Assembly (NCBI GenBank): GCA_965209055.1
Contig: OZ242374.1
Span: 5,184,001 to 5,248,000, forward strand
From: Acidobacteriota bacterium
GTDB taxonomy: Bacteria > Acidobacteriota > UBA6911 > RPQK01 > JAJDTT01
DNA: 64,000 nucleotides
Reading direction: 5' to 3'
The position numbers and the translations under genes were made by a program. Numbering within the stretch: the first letter of the stretch is position 1; each line of letters opens with the position of its first letter. Positions 49,413 through 58,961 of the stretch are shown one piece after another. Under the pieces are notes generated by a model, which was not told the origin of the DNA, ran no database searches, and worked only from the letters and a program-made list of their open reading frames with translations.

Positions 49413-50240
49413 CTATGTTTGAAGAAGTTTCTCGACCTCCCTTTTCATCTTCGGGGTCTCGACCATGACGTCTACGCCGCAGGCCGTGGTGTCGTCGCAA
49501 TCGACGTATTCGACCGCGACGACTCCGTTGTAGGCGGAAGACTTCAGCAATTCGAATATCCTCCCGAAGTCGATGGTCCCCTCTTCGACCGTTTCTACCC
49601 GTTTGCCCGGAGCCGCCTGGCGGATGTGAAAATGCCTGGCGTAGGCATGCAACGGTTCGACTTCGGCTTGGGAATGCCCGGGGTCGACAAAGTGGGAATA
49701 GTCCAGAGTGAGCCCGAGCCCGGGCACCTCCCGGCAGATCCGGAGAGCGTCCTGGGGATCTTCAGCCACCGACGGTTCGCATGCTTCGATATTGAGATCC
49801 AGCCCGCCGTCATTGGCGATTCCCACCAATGCCCTCAACTCCTTCGCGGACAACCGGAAGGACTCCTGCCGGCCCAGTTCAGCGTGGACCACCCCCGGAA
49901 TCAACATGATGCTTGTACACCCGACTTTGCTGGCAAACCGGACCAGGCCCGGGAAAAGACGCCGCGTCCTGGCCCGGATCTCGGGATCCGGATGATTGAC
50001 CGGATCTCCAAAGTCCAGGACGAAGCATTCGTTCAGTTTAAATCCCCACGGTTCCAATGCGCGCAATACCTGATCGGCAGAGCCATCCGGGTCGCCGGCA
50101 GCCACGATGGGATCGACTTGGGCATTCTCGTTGCTGCAGACGCCCAAATCGATGGTCTGGAATCCAAAAGTGGCAAGTATGGAAGCGGCTTCTTCCAGAC
50201 TGCGGGGCCCAAAAGCAAATGTGCAGCCGCCAATTCTCAT
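49413..50240 (-). CDS. Sugar phosphate isomerase/epimerase (xylose isomerase-like TIM barrel)
   Basis: LNIE, TLDYSH, HFHIRQ, GTIDF and YNGVVAVEY. Confidence 0.85.
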   Translation of the reverse strand: MRIGGCTFAFGPRSLEEAASILATFGFQTIDLGVCSNENAQVDPIVAAGDPDGSADQVLRALEPWGFKLNECFVLDFGDPVNHPDPEIRARTRRLFPGLVRFASKVGCTSIMLIPGVVHAELGRQESFRLSAKELRALVGIANDGGLDLNIEACEPSVAEDPQDALRICREVPGLGLTLDYSHFVDPGHSQAEVEPLHAYARHFHIRQAAPGKRVETVEEGTIDFGRIFELLKSSAYNGVVAVEYVDCDDTTACGVDVMVETPKMKREVEKLLQT

Positions 50241-50277
50241 ATCGGCGCTTTCGCTATAGAACCCATGCAATCGACCA

Positions 50278-50595
50278 TCACTCGACGTGAAACACCTCGG
50301 TCAGAATGGGAAACATCTCGCCTTCGCGGCAGGCCGGGTGTTTTTCCATGATGGGCTCCATTTTTTCAGCCCATTTTTCATAAAGTGGGTGGGTGACCAA
50401 GGCTTCCAGCGATCGCTCGAAATCCTCAACCTCCACATAGACGAAGAGGTCGAGCCCTCTCTTGAAGATCGAATAGTTGTGAAAACCCACGTCCTGCAGG
50501 TGTTGGATCAGGTCCGGCCAGACATTCCGGTGGGCCTCCACGTACTCTTCCTCCATCCCCTCTCGAATCCTCAACAGGTAGGCGACTCTCATCAT
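50278..50595 (-). CDS. L-rhamnose mutarotase family protein
   Basis: EEYVEAHRNVWPDL..GFHNYSIF..EVFHVE. Confidence 0.88.
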   Translation of the reverse strand: MMRVAYLLRIREGMEEEYVEAHRNVWPDLIQHLQDVGFHNYSIFKRGLDLFVYVEVEDFERSLEALVTHPLYEKWAEKMEPIMEKHPACREGEMFPILTEVFHVE

Positions 50596-50796
50596 CCCTT
50601 AACCTCGTACCCCGCGCCGCCCGTCACCCCAGATCATTCGACGGTGTTGAAGAATAGCAGGCTGCTTGCTATGAAGACAGAAGCAGTGAAGAGAACGCAC
50701 TTGGTGACTTTTTTCGTAGGTTAGAGCAATCCGATAACTATCGCAGAAGCTTCCCCACCGGCCCGGGCCGGCGGACGCCCGGCAGAAAAAAGGAAA

Positions 50797-50878
50797 GGAG
50801 CGGCGGTTTCCTAACCGCCGAACTCCAGTGTGACAAACTTGGCGACGAAGACCGGGCGATTGGAAATCGCCCCTCCTT
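50797..50878. repeat. Intact GGAG REP doublet (REPIN-like)
   Basis: GGAGCGGCGGTTTCCTAACCGCCG...GGGCGATTGGAAATCGCCCCTCC; spacer similar to the copy near 42200. Confidence 0.88.
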
Positions 50879-50904
50879 TTTCTTCGAAGCGATAGGAGTT
50901 GAGA

Positions 50905-52116
50905 ATGAAACCCAACAAATCTCGAAGGACTTTTCTCAAAACCGTGGCGGCATCCACATACGTGGCCGGCGTGAGCGGCCTGAGCCTGCAGGCCAACGCG
51001 GCACAGGAAAAGACGATTCAAGGGTTCGACGATACGGAAACGACGCTCCGGAATGATGCGGTGTGGCGGCTCGTGTCCGAACGGAAGATACGCGTCGGCA
51101 TCGCCGGCTATGGGGTCTGCAAGTTCGGGGCGCATTTCGGTTTCCAAGACCATCCCAACGTAGAGGTGGCGGCGGTCACCGACTTGATCCCCGAACGATG
51201 CCAAGGCTTGGCCAAGGCATGCCGCTGTGAAAGGACCTACCCGAGCCTTGAAGAGATGGTGAAAGACGATTCCCTGGAAGCGATTTTCGTCGCCACCGAC
51301 GCGCCCAGCCATGCACAACACTGCATCGATGCTCTTGAGCACGGGAAGCATGTCTGTACCGCGGTACCCGCCGTGTTCGGGTCGCTCGAAGAGGCCGACC
51401 GTGTCTTCGAGGCGGTGAAGAGAACCGGACTCAAGTACATGATGTTTGAGACTTCGGCCTTTCACGGCGAGTGCTATGCCATGCGTGCCCTCTATAATGC
51501 GGGCGAGTTCGGAAGGATGGTCTATTCGGAGGGCGAGTACTATCACTATATGGCCACGCCCATCGACTCCTACAAGGGATGGCGTGTCGGCCTGCCGCCT
51601 CAGTTTTACCCGACTCACTCCAACGCCTACTACACGTGCGTGACCGGAGGGAGCTTTACGGAGGTGTCGTGCATGGGCATTCCCAGTACCATCCCGCACC
51701 TTCAGAAAGAGAACAATGCATTCGGGAACCCCTTCGGCACTGAAATCGCCCTGATGCGCACCAGCGAAGGAGGCATGGCCCGTATGGCCGTAAGTTGGGA
51801 CACCCCAGGCAACGGGGGCGAAATGGGCCGCGTCCGCGGAGAAAAAGGTTCGATGGATGGCTTGGCCATCTCCCCGGAGCGGAAGGTGGCGGGCCTGAAC
51901 CTGGCGAAACCGCCGCTGCCGCCGTCCGTCGACCCCGGTGGCCACGGTGGTTCCCATGGCTATCTTATGAACGAATTCGTCACGGCGATCCTCCAGGACC
52001 GCACCCCGCTGGTGAACGTCGCCTGGGCGCTCAACATGTCGGTGGCGGGGGTGGTCTCCCACCAGTCCGCGCTCAAAGATGGTGAGTTGCTCAAGATCCC
52101 CCAATACACAGTCTGA
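50905..52116 (+). CDS. Gfo/Idh/MocA oxidoreductase with Tat signal
   Basis: SRRTFLK, RVGIAGYG, ATDAPSH, GKHVCTAVP and GHGGSH. Confidence 0.88.
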   Translation: MKPNKSRRTFLKTVAASTYVAGVSGLSLQANAAQEKTIQGFDDTETTLRNDAVWRLVSERKIRVGIAGYGVCKFGAHFGFQDHPNVEVAAVTDLIPERCQGLAKACRCERTYPSLEEMVKDDSLEAIFVATDAPSHAQHCIDALEHGKHVCTAVPAVFGSLEEADRVFEAVKRTGLKYMMFETSAFHGECYAMRALYNAGEFGRMVYSEGEYYHYMATPIDSYKGWRVGLPPQFYPTHSNAYYTCVTGGSFTEVSCMGIPSTIPHLQKENNAFGNPFGTEIALMRTSEGGMARMAVSWDTPGNGGEMGRVRGEKGSMDGLAISPERKVAGLNLAKPPLPPSVDPGGHGGSHGYLMNEFVTAILQDRTPLVNVAWALNMSVAGVVSHQSALKDGELLKIPQYTV

Positions 52117-52247
52117 GTCCCCTGCTCCAAACCTTCAGCATCACCGACCATTCCACCCGGATTGCTCATGGGACATGTTGATGAGGGCTTCCGCCTGAGC
52201 CGATGGCGAGTCGAGGAGACCATCCGCTCCATCAAAGGGAGTAACTC

Positions 52248-54393
52248 ATGAGCACCGTTGACGTGCTGATCTTCTTCTCCTATTTCGTCGGCGTCGTGAT
52301 ATTCGCCACCACCATTGCCGCCCGCAGTAAGACCAAGTCAGCATCCGACTACTTTCTGGCCTCGAAAAAGCTGCCCTGGTATGTCGTCGGCGCTTCATTT
52401 ATCGCCTCGAACATCTCCACTGAACACTTCATCGGCATGGTGGGCTGGGGGTTTCTGTACGGGATGGCTGTGGCCAATTGGGAGTGGGGTAACGTCGCGA
52501 CGTTTACCCTTTTGATCTGGGTCTTTCTTCCTTTCTATATGCGGGGCAAAGTGGCGACGATGCCCGAGTTCCTGGAGCGTCGTTTCAACAGCTTTTGCCG
52601 TTACATTTATGCCGCGGTCATGATCGTCGGGCTCGTGTTCGCCATGCTGGGTGGGGTTCTTTTCGCAGGGGCCAAAGCGGTCAGCGTCTTCTACCCGGAG
52701 CTGCCCGTACTCTGGGCGATTGTCTTGCTGGCGGTGGTCTCAGGGATATACACGGTCTACGGGGGGCTGCTGGCGGCGGTGTGGGCGGACGTGCTGCAGT
52801 ACACACTGCTGATGACAGCGGGAATTGTGGTAACGGTGTTCGGTCTCTATCACGTGGGCGGGCTGAATGTTCTGTTTTCAGAGTTGCCTGAGAGATTCAT
52901 CGTATTCCATCCACCCTCTCACGAGATGATCCCCTGGACCGGAATCGTCCTGGGCATATTCTCAGTGGGCGTCTGGTACAACTGTGCCAATCAATTCATG
53001 ATCCAGCGTTGTCTGGGGGCCCGCAGCGAGTGGGATGCTCGGATGGGGATCGTGATGGCGGGGTTCAGCAAGGCCGTTCTTCCACTGATCGTCGTAGTTC
53101 CGGGCATCATAGCCTTCTACCTCTTTCAGGATCGGATCAGCGACGGGGACCAGTCGTGGCCCTTTCTCGTCCAACAATTCCTTCCGTCAGGCTTGGTTGG
53201 TCTTGTTCTTGCGGGACTCGCCAGCGCCATCCTTTCCACACTGAGCGCCATTACCAATTCCTCCTCGACGATATTCACGCTGGACCTTTACCGGGCGATT
53301 CTGCGCCCCGCAGCGGATGACCGGGAGCTGCACATGGTGGGACGAATCAGTGCGGCCGCAGCCATGCTGATTGGCGTGTTCGTGGCGACTATTGCCGCCT
53401 CGGCAAAAGGTGTCACGGTTTTTGGATTGATCCAACAAATATTCTTCTATATCGCTCCGCCCATATCGGCGGTCTTTCTGGCGGGTATCCTGTGGCCAGG
53501 AGCCACATCTGCAGCTGCAACGATCACACTGATCGCAGGCTTTACCATCCTTCTGCCCCTGGTGGCCTTTGTGATCTTTCCTGGTTTTGCCTTTCTGCAG
53601 CCCTACGACAATTTCATGCACCACACCTTCACGGTTTTTGTTCTTTCCGTGATTCTGCTCGTAGTCGTCTCTCTATATTACTAAACCGAAGTCGCGGCAG
53701 GAGTTGGAGGGCGTGATCTGGACCAAGAGCGCTTTTGGCATTCTGGCAGATGAAAAAAGCAGATACCGTGGAATCCGCAGTCTGCCGCTGTGGTGGGCGG
53801 TGATGGTTCTGATCATCGTAAGCCTCTACGTTTACACCAACTCCAGGGGAGCGCAGACGCAAGTGATGGAAGCGGAAGAGCTGGAGTACATCATCCCGGA
53901 TTCAGCCACGGCAGGTCTCCAGGCCCGCCAGGAATTGGAGGACTTCAATCTGTGGACAGGCAGCGGTCAAGTACTATTCACACCGGGTAGCCCAGGCGAT
54001 GCAATAACGTTCCGGCTTCCGATTGACCGCGCCGGTCAGTATCGGATCGCTGCCATTGTGACACGAGGTCCTTCTTACGGCCGGTTCCGGGTTACTCTCG
54101 ACGGCAAGGAGGCTCAGATCAGTTACCCGGTCTCCAGGCGAACGCCGCAGGGAGACATCGAGATCTCCTATGCGAAGGACTCAGCTTATGATTCCAGGCG
54201 AGTGGCAGGTGAAGAACCCTCTGCGGCCGACAGGTCGAGCATCGCCGGCGCCCATGTGGTGCAGCGACTGTCGTTGGGTGAGTTCATGTTGGAGGCAGGC
54301 CCTCATCTTGTCGTGTTCGAAGCGATCGATCTGCTGGAAGCAGGTTCGCAGATTGGTGTCGACCAGCTCATAATCACCCCGGAGTGGCATTAG
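52248..54393 (+). pseudogene. Sodium:sugar symporter (SGLT-like) with C-terminal beta-sandwich domain, split by a +1 frameshift near 53677-53681
   Basis: ORF 52248-53684 (ASNISTEH, NQFMIQRCLGA) stops at VSLYY*; the shifted frame continues TKPKSRQELEGVIW, a final TM helix and a soluble domain to 54393. Confidence 0.75.
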
Positions 54394-54430
54394 CCAGCAA
54401 CTGGTCCAGCAGGTCTCCGAGGTCAAGTCG

Positions 54431-55936
54431 TCAGGCCATGATCGAATGAATCGGGTCTCCGTAATCGATTTTCAGCCGTTTCCGACCTGGAACCTCCAGC
54501 TTGTGCGGATCAAGACCCAACTGATGTAGTACGGAGGCATGAATGTCGGTCACATAGTGGCGATTTTCTACGGCGTGGAAACCCAACTCGTCAGTGGCGC
54601 CGTGCGTTATGCCGCCCTTGATTCCACCTCCGGCCAACCAGACCGAGAAACCGTAGGGATGGTGGTCCCGCCCCGGTTCTCCTCCTCCTTCCGCAGGCTG
54701 AGACCCGGGTGTTCTTCCAAACTCGGTAGCCCAAACCACCAAGGTCTCTTCCAACATTCCCCGCTGCTTGAGGTCCTTCAGCAGCGCGGCTATAGGCCGG
54801 TCAACCTCGGCGCACCGCTTGCTGTGGCTGCTCTTCAGACTTTTGTGTGAATCCCAGGATCCAGCTCCTCCATTGCTTCCGTGATAGACCTGAACAAACC
54901 GCACTCCTCTTTCCACCAAGCGCCGAGCGGTCAGGCAAATCTCACCGAACGGCTGAGTGTTCTCCTGATCCAGCCCGTAGAGCCTGCGAGTGGCTTTGCT
55001 TTCCTCCTGGAAGCGAAAAACCTCCGGCACGGCGGTTTGCATTCGAAAGGCAAGCTCATACGACCGAATACGCGCTCGCATCGCCCGGTCCTCAGGGTAC
55101 TCCACCCCAGCCAGCCGGTTGAGCTCCGCAAGCAATTGAAACTCAGCTTCCTGCTCCTCCTTGTAGAGTTGGGTCTCGGGAGACGCAAAGGGCAGCGGAT
55201 TCTCCGGATCGACTGCGAGTTGCACCCCGTTGTGTTCCGGCCCCAGATACCCGGCGCCATGGACAGCTATGCCTCCACAACAGGTGTCGATGGGCTCTCC
55301 CAAGGCGACAAACTGAGGCAGGTTTTCGTTCAACGAGCCGAGCCCGTAGTGAACCCAGGAGCCCACGGTCGGCAAGCTCCCCTCGAGGACATGTCGGCCG
55401 GTGTGGAACTGAAGTTGAGCCCCGTGATTGTTGTCGGTTGTCCAAACAGATCGGACGACAGCGATATCATCGATGCACCCGCCAAGATGTGGCCACCAAT
55501 CGCTGACCTCAATCCCACTTTTGCCGCGTTTTCTGTAACCGATTTGCAGCGGAAATATCGTCTGTCGAACCTTGTGTTGACTTGCAGGTGCTCGAACGCC
55601 CTCCTCGACGTAGGGCGAGTCCAGGGTATCCTTGTAGGGCGTCTCAGCGATGCTCTTGCCCGCATATTTGTTGAGAGCGGGTTTCGGATCGAAACTCTCC
55701 ATATGGCTGGTGCCGCCAACCATGAAGAGCCAGATCACGCTTTTCGCCTTGGGAGCAAAATGGGGCGTACCGTCCGGTCGTTGCCAAGGTCCATCGGCTT
55801 CGGCTCGCACGATTCCTTCCCGCTCGAGCATAGCCCCCAGGACGAGACCCGTGAAACCCATGCCACAGTCCGCCAGGAAGTTCCTTCGCCTGATGTTGGA
55901 ACAGCCATCGTAGCTGAGCGGATTTCTTCCTTTCAT
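54431..55936 (-). CDS. DUF1501 domain protein (Tat signal)
   Basis: RRRNFL, GGTSHMESFDPKP, YELAFRMQ and GRDHHP. Confidence 0.88.
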   Translation of the reverse strand: MKGRNPLSYDGCSNIRRRNFLADCGMGFTGLVLGAMLEREGIVRAEADGPWQRPDGTPHFAPKAKSVIWLFMVGGTSHMESFDPKPALNKYAGKSIAETPYKDTLDSPYVEEGVRAPASQHKVRQTIFPLQIGYRKRGKSGIEVSDWWPHLGGCIDDIAVVRSVWTTDNNHGAQLQFHTGRHVLEGSLPTVGSWVHYGLGSLNENLPQFVALGEPIDTCCGGIAVHGAGYLGPEHNGVQLAVDPENPLPFASPETQLYKEEQEAEFQLLAELNRLAGVEYPEDRAMRARIRSYELAFRMQTAVPEVFRFQEESKATRRLYGLDQENTQPFGEICLTARRLVERGVRFVQVYHGSNGGAGSWDSHKSLKSSHSKRCAEVDRPIAALLKDLKQRGMLEETLVVWATEFGRTPGSQPAEGGGEPGRDHHPYGFSVWLAGGGIKGGITHGATDELGFHAVENRHYVTDIHASVLHQLGLDPHKLEVPGRKRLKIDYGDPIHSIMA

Positions 55937-55949
55937 ATACGTGGGACCC

Positions 55950-58900
55950 TCACCGAATGGTAATGAACTCGTTGTGATTGAATAAAACGTGAATCAGATT
56001 CTCCCGGGCTCTCAAATGAGGCTCTGGCGCCGGAGGAATCGCTTTGGGCTCATCGGCAGCCTCGACCCACAAGGGAGTCAGCTCTTCCGGTCTGCCCAAC
56101 AATTCAGCCTGTCGCTGCAAAAAGTCCTCCGTCTTGGCCAGTTCCAGTGCGGACGGGGGCCGCCCCAAGACTGTTTCGAAGCCAGCCTTGACGAAATGCT
56201 CCGCAGACAATGGATTTCCATCGCCGGCCGAAGAGAGACGACGGGCCAGAAGCCGCGCCTGATCAAAGCTCACCTGGCTGTTGGCCATAGCCAGTGACTG
56301 GTGGGGCGTTATACTTTCCTTACGACGATAGCAATCGCCCGGATCAGCGGCGTCGAACAACTTGAGAAACTCAAGCTGCGCATCCGGTGCATGCTGAAAG
56401 TAGATGCTACGGCGCCGGGAGGTGTTTTTTTCGCCGATAGCAATCTCCGGTCCCCCCATTGTAGTGTCCAGATGGCCGGCGACGAGGAGTATGCTGTCAC
56501 GGACTACCTCAGCTTCCATGCGGCGGGGATTCATGCGCCACAGGTAGCGATTTTCGGAATCAGCAGCGCGACTCAAGTGATTCTCCTCGTCGGTCCATGA
56601 CTGCATGCGGTAAGTGTTGCTGGTGAGGATCAACCGGTGCATGGACTTCATGCTCCAACCGCTTTCCATGAGCTCCACGGCCAGCCAGTCCAGCAACTCA
56701 GGGTGACTCGGCGGCTCACCATTCGCACCGAAGTCGGTGACACTGGGCACCAGTGCGCTACCGAAGTGGCGAAGCCAGATATGGTTGACGGCCACGCGGG
56801 CCGTCAACGGGTTTTCCCGACTTGCAATCCATCTGGCCAGCGCCAACCTCCGACCCGTGCTCGTCTTCGGGTAAACCTCCCCGATCGGGCTGTAATCTGA
56901 TCTGTCCTTCAAGGCATCGAGAGCGGCCTGCAGTTGCTTCCGCACCTCCTGCACTTTTTTCTTTGCATCCTTCCTTGCGTCTTGACTCCCAGACTCCTTG
57001 CTGCTTCTGGCCTCCGCCAATTGTTGGCGAGCTTGCAGCAAGTTCTCTTCCGCCGCGGCCAGATTCGCCTCTTGTTCCGCCTCCATGGCGGCCAGGGCCA
57101 GTGCGTCAGCTCTTTGGTCGGGAGTATTCCTGAACTTTGCCCTGTCGGCCGCAATACGGGCTTCCATGGCCGTCAGGTATGCACGTGCATGGGCCAGCAC
57201 TTTCTCGGCCATTTCCAAAGCAGCTTGCGCTTGGGACACTGTGGGGACGGCCGTGTCATCCTCTCCTTCTTCTGCCGAGGCCTCGCCCGATTCACTCTCA
57301 TCTGCACCAGAAGGAGTCGTGACGGAAGTCCCGCCGTCTTCGAGAAGGCTCATACGGGCCCGTGCGCTTGCGGCGCCCAGCTCCTGGCCGGCCTTCAGAA
57401 GGTTTCTCTCCGCCTTCTCGATCTTTGTTTTCGCTTGAGCAATCAAATCTTTATGCACGTAATCCCGGATATCAGGGTAATAGGCATCCAGCGGCAAGTG
57501 GACCGGCTGAATGTCGAACTTCAAATCCCCGAAAACTTCGGGTATATCGGGTGAAAGGACGTTTGCCTTATCCGGATTTGTCTCATCACCCCGAATCAAA
57601 AGGTAGGTCGGGGCGCCAGGATCAGACTCGAACGCCCGTGGAAGACCGTCCCTTCCAAGGTCCGGCTCACCCGATACCCTGTCGGTCCGCACGCCGTGGG
57701 GCTCGAAAAACGCCCAGAAGCGATAATAATCTTCCTGTGAAATCGGATCGTATTTATGGTCATGGCAGCGAGCGCAATTGAGGGTGACTCCCAAAAAGGC
57801 CGCAGCCGTATGGTCCACGGTGTCCTGAAGCCAGACGTGTCGATTGCGCCTCCAGTTTCGTGCCAGGAATCCCGTGGCACGCACTGTTTCGGAATCCGTG
57901 GGCGCGATTTCATCTCCTGCCAACATCTCGACGATCATCCGATCGTAGCTTTTGTCGTCGTTGAGTGATTCGATGATCCAGTCGCGCCATCGCCAGATGT
58001 GTCTCCTGCTGTATCGGACATCGTTGGTTTTTCGCCAACCGTACCAATCGCTGTAACGCCAGACATCCATCCAATGACGGCCCCAACGTTCTCCGTAACA
58101 AGGACTGGCCAGGAGCCGATCAACAACCTTCTCATAGGCGTCTGCCGATGAATCGGCCAAAAAGGTCTCAACCTCCTCTCGAGTCGGGAGAAGACCAATC
58201 AGGTCCATGTAGATACGCCGCACCAATACGCGTTTGCCTGCGGGGGGCACCGGCTTCAGCCCGAGCTTCTCGTGACCAACCGCTATGAATGCGTCTATGG
58301 GATTGAGAACCCAGTCCTGCCTGTCGACCCGAGGAACCGGCGGCCGGGCCGGAGGCTGAAAGGACCAGTGATCGCTTCGCACCGGCTTTCGTGGGAGAGC
58401 CTCAGCAACCAGCGGTTTATCGTAGAAAACCCCGGAATCAATCCATTTGGCAATATTTGCGACGGCCTCCTTACTGAGCTTCTCACCCCCCAAGGGCATG
58501 TGAGGTTTCTCAGCGTGAGACACCAATTTGTATAGCAGGCTCGCGTTTGAATTCCCGGGAACAACGTCGGGTCCCCGGTCACCTCCCCTCAGCAGGCGGT
58601 CTCGCGTGGAGAGGTCAAGTCCGGAGGATTTTTCCGAACCGCCACCATGGCATCCCAGACAATGGGTCTCGAGGATCGGACGAATTTGAGTGGTAAAGAA
58701 AGTCGCATCATCTTCCGACGAAGCCGTTTGCTCCCTTGCATCCAGAGTTTTGCCCAACAGGATGGCAACGAAACCCAGCAACGTAAGGGATACCACTCCC
58801 TTCCAATGTCCAGACCGGGATCCAACAAAGATGCCGGTTTCAGGATCTTCACGATTAGTGTCCATTGTGATGTTCCGGTTGCCCATGATTCCATCGGCCA

Positions 58901-58961
58901 CAGAAGCAGACTGTCGACGCCGTATTCTCCTCGTAGCCTCGTATCCCTCGCCACCTGTCAC
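55950..58961 (-). CDS. Planctomycete cytochrome c / DUF1549 / DUF1553 protein; true start probably downstream (~58860-58890)
   Basis: CLGCH, YGERWGRHWMDVWRY, CARCHDHKYDP and PSHPELLDWLA; long coiled-coil insert. Confidence 0.88.
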   Translation of the reverse strand: MTGGEGYEATRRIRRRQSASVADGIMGNRNITMDTNREDPETGIFVGSRSGHWKGVVSLTLLGFVAILLGKTLDAREQTASSEDDATFFTTQIRPILETHCLGCHGGGSEKSSGLDLSTRDRLLRGGDRGPDVVPGNSNASLLYKLVSHAEKPHMPLGGEKLSKEAVANIAKWIDSGVFYDKPLVAEALPRKPVRSDHWSFQPPARPPVPRVDRQDWVLNPIDAFIAVGHEKLGLKPVPPAGKRVLVRRIYMDLIGLLPTREEVETFLADSSADAYEKVVDRLLASPCYGERWGRHWMDVWRYSDWYGWRKTNDVRYSRRHIWRWRDWIIESLNDDKSYDRMIVEMLAGDEIAPTDSETVRATGFLARNWRRNRHVWLQDTVDHTAAAFLGVTLNCARCHDHKYDPISQEDYYRFWAFFEPHGVRTDRVSGEPDLGRDGLPRAFESDPGAPTYLLIRGDETNPDKANVLSPDIPEVFGDLKFDIQPVHLPLDAYYPDIRDYVHKDLIAQAKTKIEKAERNLLKAGQELGAASARARMSLLEDGGTSVTTPSGADESESGEASAEEGEDDTAVPTVSQAQAALEMAEKVLAHARAYLTAMEARIAADRAKFRNTPDQRADALALAAMEAEQEANLAAAEENLLQARQQLAEARSSKESGSQDARKDAKKKVQEVRKQLQAALDALKDRSDYSPIGEVYPKTSTGRRLALARWIASRENPLTARVAVNHIWLRHFGSALVPSVTDFGANGEPPSHPELLDWLAVELMESGWSMKSMHRLILTSNTYRMQSWTDEENHLSRAADSENRYLWRMNPRRMEAEVVRDSILLVAGHLDTTMGGPEIAIGEKNTSRRRSIYFQHAPDAQLEFLKLFDAADPGDCYRRKESITPHQSLAMANSQVSFDQARLLARRLSSAGDGNPLSAEHFVKAGFETVLGRPPSALELAKTEDFLQRQAELLGRPEELTPLWVEAADEPKAIPPAPEPHLRARENLIHVLFNHNEFITIR

